In this document: one piece after another, positions 9,690-19,225 of the stretch | Position numbering within the stretch: position 1 is the stretch's first letter | Layout of the letters: the number at the start of each line of letters is the position of its first letter | DNA from: Paraspadella gotoi | Lineage: Eukaryota; Animalia; Chaetognatha | NCBI GenBank assembly: GCA_051294375.1 | Contig: JBJCIZ010001004.1 | Location: forward strand, 1 to 27,315 | Length of the DNA: 27,315 bases | Direction: 5' to 3' | Program-made: the position numbers and the translations under genes | The notes under the pieces: generated by a model | The model's database searches: none | What the model was told of the DNA's origin: nothing | The model's input: only the letters and a program-made list of their open reading frames with translations

Positions 9690-10490
9690 TAAAAATAAAA
9701 TATAATAAATTTAATAAGATACATAGCTGTTATAGTGTAATCAAGTCTGGAGAATTCGATGTTGATAACCATTTTTTTTTTGTATAGTTTCATCTTCTTT
9801 GTCGAAAATAACGATTTTTGCAGCATATAACGTACTATTCAACTGGAACAAACTTTGTAGAGTATAAGAAACTCAAATTATTAAAAATTTATAAAGCCAT
9901 ATTTAGTATACATAATATGAAAATATAGACCCATATAAATATTTTGGTAACTTTATTTACAATTTTTGTATTTTATTAACTGTTTGTTAGCTATATTTAT
10001 TAATAAATAATAAAAAATAGGCAAAAGTAAAAAATATGATTTTTAAAACTTTAAAACCGGATTTGAATTCTTTACAAAAAGTTGATATAAGAAAGTATAA
10101 TCTATTTTAACAAATTTTTTATTAAATAGGTTAAAAATATTAAAAACTTATTTTTGTTTAAATTTTTAATTTTTGGCTTAAAATTCTAATTTTTTGAATT
10201 TTGACCAACTTAATGACATAATTTTGATATAAAAATTATATTTTTTTATATCAACTTTTTGCAAAGAATGCAAATCCAGTAAAATTTTTAAATTATTATT
10301 TTTTAATTTTAACCTAATTTTTACTCAAAATTATTAATAAATATAACTTATAAGAATATTTTTATATTTTAAAAGCTCATATAAATTTTATTAAATTTTA
10401 ATAATTTTTTTATTGGAAGGGATTGAAAACAATGAATTTCAACATTCATGTTACTATTAAAAATTTAAAAAAAACATTTTAATGCCAAAG
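9690..10490. mobile_element. AT-rich foldback/palindromic element
   Basis: GGATTTGAATTCTTTACAAAAAGTTGATATAA (~10060-10091) pairs with TTATATCAACTTTTTGCAAAGAATGCAAATCC (~10246-10277). Pairing is clear over ~9985-10345 and weaker outward. The ends are approximate. Confidence 0.55.
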
Positions 10491-10706
10491 ACGGGTGTCT
10501 ACTATGGGCCTAATCAATAACTATACATTTCTGTCGAGCTTTTAGTATCATGTTTTACTAAACCAATCATATGGCCTTACAGCTCTCAAAAACACCGAAG
10601 AATTATACAATTATAATTTTCTTTCAAATCAAAGAGAAACACAAACGTACATTACAATGGTAGTAAACAAAATGATGATTGCAAAGTAAAGAATGATTTG
10701 AACTAG

Positions 10707-11352
10707 TGTGGACGCAACAAGTTTCAGAGTAAGAATGAATTTAATCCCCAACAAGATTAATAACAATAACAGTCCAAAAACTCAGATGCTTAGTCTATAA
10801 CAATTAGACCCCCAGCCTTATCAAACTCCATACAAAGTTCTCACTCGGTCCGGTTTCCCATTATTTTATGACTTCAACACATTTTGAAACCCGGTACATG
10901 CAAAAAACTTTTTTGTTAATGAACCCAATCATCGGAGGAGAAATCAGCCTCACCGGCCATCGCCGGCGGAATTCAATCGCCGAACTATGATTGGTCAAGA
11001 TGGAACCGCAATCGACCAATCAGCTTGCAGGATCGATAGAACTGTCATAATCACTCGCTTCTGATCCTCTCCCTCAGTTATAAATAGTCAATGAGCACTG
11101 ATGCAAAAAAATTGTTTAAGAATGGGAGGCGTTGTGAGTTGTTACTAGAATTTTCTTCTTTTTCGTTGGTGGGCGTTGGAGGACGTAAGATACTTGGTCG
11201 ACGGGACAAAAAATGAGTTGATGTTTTTGTTTTTTTTCTCACGGGGCTCACGCTGTGTGGATGCAACAAGTTTCAGAGTAAGAATGAATTTATTTTTCAA
11301 CAAGGTTAATAACAATAACAGTCCAAAAACTCTGATGCTAAGTCTATAACAA
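10707..11352 (-). mobile_element. LTR-like relic with ~98-bp direct repeats
   Basis: TGTGGA(C/T)GCAACAAGTTTCAGAGTAAGAATGAATTTA...AGTCTATAACAAT occurs at 10707-10804 and 11256-11352. On the minus strand the repeat ends ...CCACA and the second copy contains AATAAA. CCAAT boxes lie in 10925-11022. There is no TSD or canonical PBS. Confidence 0.4.
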
Positions 11353-12546
11353 TGGGTATTTACAAGGTCAAAGTTTGACCATAAAAAGGATGAGAGAAAA
11401 CGATTGAGGGACGAGGGTAAGGTTGGTAAGTTCAGTTTTGACAGTTGTTCGTCCACACTAGCATAAAAAAATTACTAATTGTAGAATTTTAACTACATAA
11501 CCAGAAAGAAAAAATCTTAAAAGCATAAGGATCGTCGCAATAGCATAAGAAAAATCTGGATTGACGACAAATTTTGATACTAAAAAAAGAAAATTTGAGA
11601 AAAGAAAATTAAATTATAAACAAAGAAAAATTCTATTTTGCGATTGTCAATAAAAAAAAATAAAGTACGGAAGAAAATTAAAGTTACAGTTTCTGAAAAA
11701 TAGCAAAATGATAACATGCACGAATGCGATGGATAATTTTACGAGTTCAATCCTAATTCATTTTTTTTAATAAAAACGCAGAGAGAGAGAGAGAGAGAAA
11801 AGAAAGAAATCAAAAGGCAGCAGCAGAAGCAGCAGGAGAAAAGAGAGAAAAAGAAAGAGGCACTGCAGACTCAAAAGGCACCAGCTGCAGGCTCGTTTTT
11901 TTCCCCTATGATTATGAATCAGTGACTAGGGAAAAGAGAGAGGGAGAGAGACATGTAATTTAAAGAGAAAAGAGAGAGAGAAAGAAATATGAAAATAAAA
12001 GAGAAAATTTGTTTGTTTTGATAAAACGTAAACAAAACATTTAATAACTGTCCAGACTCAATTTTAACCACATCGATGAGAAGCTGTATATAAATTTTCA
12101 GCTTCATACACCCAAATTTAATCATAAAAAATGCGATCTATAATTTGGAACGCCGACGACGCCACTTATGGGCAAAAGCGATACAATATCGTCGCAAACG
12201 CTTAGCGATTGCGACGATAAAAAACGCTAAATGCTAAACGCTAAAGGAAGCAAGCCGGCATCCGGGTCCTGGAAAAGGCGACGGAGATGACGGCGATGGT
12301 GAGGATGATAACGGCGACGATCTTGCCGACGTAGGGTTCGTCCTGCGACCCCGGTAGGCCGACAACCAAAACGCCGCGGCGATGCGTTGTAATTGTAGCG
12401 TCGTCTTAAATGAAGGTCTGAAATTTAAGACCGAAACATGTGATTTTTTCATTAAAAATTTGTTGTCAAAACAAAGAACTTTTCTCATCTCAAATTCTAA
12501 AACCAACGAAAAGAAAGGAAAATATACTAAAACTATATGGAGGTAT

Positions 12547-12920
12547 GGCAACAGCCGGGTTGCCTGTGATGCCCATTGGGAAGGGGCATCTCACTGTTGG
12601 CTTTGGGGGCTTCCGACCCTCAGTGACGCCTCCAGTCACTGGCGCGGTTACCCTAGGACGGTCTCGCTTTGCCAACGCAGAGGGAAGTCGTTAGGACTGT
12701 GGATGGAACACTACGCCTGGGATGGTGTGTTCCCCCTCTGAGCCAATGGATTTGGCTGACGGATGGTGGACGTGAGGCGGTGTGAATATACCGCCACAGA
12801 GGACGCTTTAGGTCACGTGGGTCATGTCTCTGGCCACCGTGGTAACCGGTGGTTGTTTAGCCACTGACCTTGCGCTGAGGACACTTGGGCCGACTTTAGG
12901 CTTTAAGAGGAAAGGTCAGC
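12547..12920. other. GC-rich, hairpin-dense island (candidate structured RNA or retroelement UTR)
   Basis: Serial stems GGCAAC/GTTGCC, GATGCCC/GGGCATC, AGTGAC/GTCACT, GGAACAC/GTGTTCC, AGCCAA/TTGGCT, GGCGGT/ACCGCC, CCACCG/CGGTGG and CTGACCT/AGGTCAG lie within ~375 nt, in AT-rich flanks. Confidence 0.5.
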
Positions 12921-13615
12921 ATAACAATATGTAATCATTGATGTGTTAGAGCAAATATATCGAGAAATACATTATAGTCGAGTTGAAATTTAAAAATTTC
13001 TCTCTATTACATTTTTCTAATTCAGTAATAAAAAATTCATAAAAAATATCAGATGGATTGGCCTTTTCGTTTGACCTGCAACTCTTCAGATAGGTTTCTT
13101 TTAATTTATATTATAGTTAAAACCGATATAAAATGGGGTAGAATGCATCAAATGCTTAAAGTGAATACATTTTCGGAATCTCCAGGAGCTCAGCTTTCTG
13201 AATTTTAGCCTATTTTGAAGTTGAACTGAATGACCCTTTTTCTTAAAAGCGGACAAGCTCACGATGGTAGACAACTCAAAATCTCTGTAATACTTTCTCG
13301 TTCACCATTTATTACTGTTAATGTTTAACTCCTTGTACATTGTATTAAATGTATCCCGTTTAAACCCGTCTCCTTATCTTAATTATTCACGTCGCCATAA
13401 CTATTCATTAAAAAATAATAGCCTCCTTGCCATTGAGTTTGGACCTGCTCTGGTGAGTTAAGGCGTCCATCCCTCTTTCATCATATTTTTTTAAATTTAT
13501 TTTTATTTTTTCAAATATTATTTAGTATTTTGCAAAATATTTATATTATTGTTAATGATTGTGTAGTCGGCCATTGCATAAGTTCATCCCGCCTATAAGC
13601 ATGATACCTTCTGTT

Positions 13616-13800
13616 GACCTGCTGGCTCATTGAGTAAAGCTCATGACCACGAGGTACAGGGTTCAATCTCAACCTGATACCGACCCTGTAGGAAGCGTGA
13701 GGACAGCCGTAAACCACCTTAGGGGCGTGGAAAACCCTCAAGCCTGGTACCAAGCCCAGAACCCGTTCCATGGCATGGCTGCTGACAGGGCCTTATTCAT
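13616..13800 (+). mobile_element. tRNA-derived SINE
   Basis: tRNA-like head GACCTGC-TGGCTCATTGAGTAAAGC (A box 13623-13634) and B box GGTTCAATCTC (13660-13670). The anticodon region is shortened and there is no acceptor stem. A ~120-nt GC-rich body and an AT-rich tail follow. Confidence 0.6.
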
Positions 13801-14218
13801 AATTTTTTAATTATTGTCATTATGGATTATTTAACTAATAAAAAATAGTATTTGAAAAATCTTTCAAAAATACAATCATTTCCATTTTTTTACGTTTTCG
13901 AGGTAATATTGATAAAAAATATTTAATATTTTAAAAAATTTACTTATAAATATAATTTATAAAAAGTAAAATAATCATTCAGCTAAGTATAATTAACCAT
14001 AAAATAAATAATTTTAGTCTAAAATTGTTTTATTCCTAAAAACAAGTTATTTTTTAACCGGAAGTGGTACACCACATAAAGTGGCGTGGAAAGTCCATAA
14101 ATCTCTACCTGAGAAATTTTTCATTGTGATATTCGTTTTTTTAATTAAATTGGAATGAGAAACTTTGCGAGAACAAACAACTTTTCTAAAGTGGGATATT
14201 TTTGGGAGCCCTACTCAC

Positions 14219-14411
14219 CACTTATTCTTCTGGCGTCCAACGCGATGTCCATGCAGTTCGCGTCCAAGCCGGCAATCCAGTTTTCTCGCTCCCTGAAGTA
14301 GGAAGTAGGCCGACCGGGGTCTAGTCCCGGCATGTCCCCGTCGTGTTAGACGTGGACCCCCACCATGCCGGCGCGCATGCAGTAGACGAGGGAGCCATAT
14401 ATATACACCAC
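14219..14411 (-). pseudogene. Orphan exon-like segment with an in-frame stop
   Basis: Bounded by TAG| and |GTGAGT. A GC3-rich frame reads VVYIYGSLVYCMRAGMVGVHV*HDGDMPGLDPGRPTSYFRERENWIAGLDANCMDIALDARRIS. Confidence 0.35.
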
Positions 14412-14851
14412 CTAGGTAGGTTTACAAGGGTGGGACCATATATCGAGACAAAATTTTAAAAATCATTACTCTAAAACTCTTAATGATTTTTAAAATCCGA
14501 ATAAATATTCGTATATAATATTCGTATATTCTCTTAGTTTTGAAATTCTTTGATATACTGCTTTTTTTGATGCAGCAAAGGCAACTGCTCTCCACGCGAT
14601 TTGGAAGAAAAATGTTTGAATACTTAGTTTAGTCTCATTCATAACAGTTAAAAATATTTTTGCAAGTACTAATAATAATGTTTCTGGCAATGTGTACATG
14701 GTATTTCGGTTAAAAAAATTTTGAGGTAAACAATTTTGAGGTAAGGTTCGGGTAAGTTACTCTTATTGTTTAATTTTTATTAAATTTTTTTTATTTGGAT
14801 AGTGATGAAAGCTTAAAATCAGGTGAATTGAAGATAAGACATACCACTAAC

Positions 14852-15585
14852 TAGGGTTCCGTTAACCGTTAATTTTTGAGGAACTTCGCTTAACCGTTAA
14901 AACTAACGTTTTTAACGGTTAACCGTTACAATCGGTTAATTTTATAATTTAACTTTAAATTTAAAATATTAATATTTGAAACTAACTAAAGTATTTAATG
15001 GTATTTTCTCCTTAACTCCGGCTACTGAATAGTCTTTATCTTTTATTTCAGATAGATGAGGTACACATTATAGTTGATAAATGAGAAAATTGGTTTGAAA
15101 AAACAGCATTATAATAAATTTTTTTTTGCCTCATAGCATAATAAAAATATGAAAAAAGACAATGAAAGAAAAAGCACAATGTAATTTTAATTCTGTTTAT
15201 TTTGTTTCAAAATATTCTTTGATGTAAATGCTTAATTAGCTGAAAGGAAAAACGAAAACAATTGGGAGAAAGTAAGTAAAAAAAATACCGGAAGGGCAGA
15301 AAAAAAATGATAATAGGTTAAAATAGAAAAAGATTAAAAGGATTGAAAATAACAAAGAAAAAATAGGGGAAAATGTAGAACAGAGAGAGGGGGAAAAATA
15401 TAGTGAGAAAGGGATAGGAGAATAAGGAAAAAAAAAATTTTTCTTAGAAAATCAAAGTTTTCATAACAAAAATCATACTTGAAAATTAACCGAATTTAAC
15501 CGTTAAAGTAAATATATTAACGGTTAAGTTAAAATTATTTTTAACCGTTAATAACCGTTAACTGTTAACGGTTATCGGAACACTA
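14852..15585. mobile_element. hAT-superfamily MITE (734 bp)
   Basis: TIRs TAGGGTTCCGTTAACCGTTAA and TTAACGGTTATCGGAACACTA, a perfect 8-bp TSD CCACTAAC (14844-14851 and 15586-15593), and clustered subterminal AACCGTT/AACGGTT motifs. Confidence 0.9.
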
Positions 15586-15776
15586 CCACTAACATATTCA
15601 TAAACGACCACTGAAAACTATTAACAAGTATGGCTTTTATCGTATGCAATACAATGCGCACGCATAAAAACGACGCCTTGTATTTGCTTAAATTATTAAA
15701 CTTATAACTTCGAATTTAAATAAATGAAAAGCAAGGCAGAATACACTAGCTCGCTCACGGCGTTACGGTAAAATCC

Positions 15777-15902
15777 TTAATATATTGGTTAAAATTAGCA
15801 AAAACTTTAAAAATTGTTATTAAAATTGGTTATTAATTGTTATTAAAATTGGTTATTAATATTGGTTAAAATTAGCAAAAACTTTAAAAATTGTTATTAA
15901 AA
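15777..15902. repeat. Local nested tandem duplication
   Basis: ATATTGGTTAAAATTAGCAAAAACTTTAAAAATTGTTATTAAAA occurs twice, separated by duplicated TTATTAAAATTGGTTATTAAT. Confidence 0.75.
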
Positions 15903-16156
15903 TATTGAAAAACGAATTATACTTTGTGTAGACAACTTTTTATGGGCTATCTGAATCCGTTCCTAAAAAAATAAAATAAAATTTTTTTATTATTATTTTT
16001 TTAACCTCTTTTAAAACGACAAACATAAAATTGGAACTGATTTTAATTTATTAGATTTAGTATTTAGTATGTTTTAGCTATTTAATACAAATAAATAAAA
16101 ACTTCTTGCTTATTTCAAATGCAACAAAAAATGAAGAATTTGAACCATGGCATTAC

Positions 16157-16686
16157 CTGGCGTGACAGACTGGTGAACAAGCAGAGAGTTTGGGTTCTAC
16201 CGTTCCTCTCCATCGACCTTGCTTTTGAGTTTCAGTTTCAGTCGGTTTGGCTATTCTTTTGCTCGACTTGAGTTTTTTAAAGGTTTTCGTTTTTGCTCTT
16301 TTCATTGAAGTTGATGAAGCAACATATTGCTTTGACGTCGTGGCCGAGGGAGATTGAGCGTTTGTCGTGACCTTGGCGACGGTGGTGCTCGTTTTTCTAG
16401 CAATTTTGAGACAAGAGGTGCAGTCGCCTGAAACGCCGATTTGGTGCAGCGCCTTTTCAACGGCGTTTAAGTTGATGCTCTTGTTAGTGTGGAGGCAAAT
16501 CATGCCAGATTTGACGGCGAGTTTGAGCCCCTTCGTCGCTCGACTCGCTGAAGAGAGTCGAAAACAACTTGTGCTTTTTCACCATCCCCGCTGCGTAGGT
16601 TTGGCTATCGTCTCTCTCCTGACCAATGCCTCCGATCGCTAATCCTGAAGCTTGAGACTGTGACGGCAGAGAAGACTTGCATGGGC
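16157..16686 (-). pseudogene. Exon containing a USP16/USP45-like zf-UBP N-terminal fragment; stops upstream in frame
   Basis: GMICLHTNKSINLNAVEKALHQIGVSGDCTSCLK resembles the C-x-H...V-x-K/R-A...C-x2-C-L-K start of the USP16/45 UBP zinc finger (family pattern recalled from memory). A Lys/Ser/Thr-rich insert follows, then LSACSPVCHA|GTAATG donor. There are two upstream in-frame stops, and the rest of the domain was not found. Confidence 0.4.
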
Positions 16687-18087
16687 CTGACATGGAGAAA
16701 ATGTGGCAGGAATGATGATTGCATTAATCAATTAATAACTAAAAAAATTAATATTTCACCAAGGGAATAAGGACATAGTACAAAACTACATATTTTACCA
16801 ATTTAAAGATAATGAGTTTATAAACTAAACTGTAAAAGAGTTTTGCTGTGTTAACATTTCTTGTAAGATATAGATAACTTTTTTAAAATGTTTATCTTTG
16901 TTTGCTCCATTTTCAAAAAAATGTTATGAAATTGGTAAAACCAACATAAAACTATCCAATCATTCAATAAACATGCCCCCGACATATAATAACATGGGAC
17001 TCTGCATGCCTAAACAAAATGTTCTAAAGTTTATTAACTCACCGAGTACCTGTACCTTCCTTATCAATAAAATGTATAATCAATAAAATAATAATCAATA
17101 AATAATAAATAAATAAATAATAAATAAATAATAATAATCAAAATGATTGAAAGTTTGCAGGGACCTGCTATGTCATTATTTGTAAAAGTGATGGAGGCCT
17201 TAAACCACCAAAGCCTGTCCAAAGTCAGGGGCAAGAGAGCTTATTTATTAAATGAATGGATAATTTTTATATTGGTTGTACCAATTTCATGATATAATAT
17301 TATTAACAGAGGAGGATTTAGCCTGCCGTCCAATTCTCCTCTTCCTCTTCTTTTTCCTCCTCCTCCTGCCCCTCAGTATATTTTGTCTAGCGATACATTC
17401 TCTCGTTTCTACTCTTCGCGAAATATACCATTATTTTTCCCTCTATTTCTTCACGCCTTCAATACCCCTCAAGATTAAGAATGGAGTAAATGGAGCTAAA
17501 CAATTCATACCGAAAGGGGGGAACACAGAACAATGTCCACTTACCGGAAACGCCGCCAGTCCCCGAGAGGGTGGGCGTGGCACGACCCGCGTTGAGCGTT
17601 AAAATCGAGGATTGGGAGACACTGGCCAATGGTGAAGTCGCCGACGCCACCTGACAAGTCTTGATAATATATTTTAGCGACATAAATTTCCCAATATGGA
17701 ATAAAAAAAATACAGATATCAAAGAGAAATACCTTTATTTCCTTTTTTTTCGCTTTTTTCCAGGGGAGATAATTCTTTTTCTATATCAAAATCTGTAAAA
17801 AATAATACAATATGAAATACACAAAAAATGCTTAATTTGATGATAATTAAAGTTAAGCATTTGAAACCCACCAGACTAATAAACAAGGAAAAAAATAAGA
17901 GGCAGCTGTCCAGTCCAGTCCAAAAATGAGTTATGAAGTCTGTCTATCATAAACGTTGATGCTATATTTATAAATATCTTTTATTTGTTTTTGCTTCTTT
18001 CCTAGGAATCACGAAATGCAGATAGCAGGTCCCAGTTGACCGACCAGGCCTTCCTCTGGTGTCACAGATGGTAGTCAGGATTTCACA

Positions 18088-18121
18088 TTAGGGTTAGGAG
18101 TGGTTAGGGTTAGGAGGGTTT
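18088..18121 (+). repeat. Short intronic telomere-like tract
   Basis: TTAGGGTTAGGAGTGGTTAGGGTTAGGAGGGTTT. Confidence 0.6.
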
Positions 18122-18720
18122 AAGATAATAATGAAGTAATGATATATGAAAAAACTATACATATATACTCACCGGCGCGAAATCCTTGTTCTGCCCAAGA
18201 TTTGATCAGATTGTTGTCTTCGTCGTCTATCATCCTAAAAAATTAAATAATAAAATACTGAATTAATACAACAGGAATAAATCATAATAAATGCTGAGCA
18301 CTAGAGCGTAGTGAAGGTTATGTACGAAAATTCTAAAAGTAATTGGTAAAACAATATTTATTTTATTTGGAGATAGAAGGCGAAGCAATTAAAAATGTCG
18401 GAAATAAATGTATACCTCAGTTCCCACTTTCAAGAACACTCACCCATGCAGTAAAAAGGTTTGACTTTGAGATGGTATCTGAAGATATGGTGCATCAAAA
18501 GGGTGCGTTTGAAGAGAGCATGCAATGACAAGAGTCTTCAGATCCTCGGGCCTCTTGTTGGATGAACTTAGACAAGTAATTCTGAGTAGACGAATAGAGA
18601 GGAAAGGAATAACTATTAGACACATTTGAATCCGACAAAGTTTTAATTAGATAACGAATCTGGGTGTCATTCTGTTCGTTTTTCCAAGCTCTTTTTAACT
18701 AAAAAAGTTTTAATTAAAAA

Positions 18721-19225
18721 AACAAACTTTTTCGCCCGAGCCAGGGGTGTTGAAGAGTCAAAATATGGAAATTCACCATTTTTTAGTATTTTTTAGCTTT
18801 TTCCATTTAATTTTTTTAATATAATAATTTTTAATCAAGTTAATTACTTCTGATAATGATTTTAATTTATCCTATTTAACTGTTTTTAAAACATTCATTA
18901 AAGAATATTAGTTTTTAGCTTAAGCCAAGGGTGTTGAAGAGCTAAAATATTTAAATATTTTTTTTTTTAATATTTATAAATTATAATTTACTTTTTTTTA
19001 AAGATAACTTATTTTAATCATGGTAATGAAAATATTTGATATCTTTAAATGCTTTGAGGTGACTTACCACAGCTTTAAGTTAATCAATTAATTTAATTAT
19101 GTTTAATTAGTTCCATTTGTATTACTACTGGTACTCTGCATGCAAAATTTCATTAAATTCTATGAAGTAGTTTTCTCGGAAAGGTGTTCTGGTCACAAAA
19201 AAGGGGTACCACATTTTATAATATG
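18721..19225. repeat. Intronic repeat element with 28-bp internal direct repeats
   Basis: AGCCA(G/A)GGGTGTTGAAGAG(TC/CT)AAAATAT at ~18740 and ~18923. The boundaries are approximate. Confidence 0.35.

Noticed and set aside
11770-12010. ORF 11919-12125 and purine-rich tract
   Set aside because: (GA)n and low-complexity sequence produces a spurious LSLSL translation.
12864-12919. Intact type III hammerhead using CTGACCT/AGGTCAG as stem III
   Set aside because: Only 3 nt remain for stem I, so the fold cannot form. It is kept only as a possible degenerate motif.
12547-12920. SRP RNA, RNase P/MRP RNA or HDV-like ribozyme
   Set aside because: By eye I could not find the SRP helix 8 motif, paired P4 CR-I/CR-V motifs or a nested HDV double pseudoknot.
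13616-13685. Functional tRNA gene
   Set aside because: There is no acceptor-stem pairing, the T-stem is broken and the anticodon arm is too short.
14490-14699. 69-aa minus ORF and similar AT-rich short ORFs (6025, 16898, 19184, 21095, 22877)
   Set aside because: Low-complexity F/I/K/L-rich translations expected by chance in AT-rich DNA, several of them inside repeats or introns.
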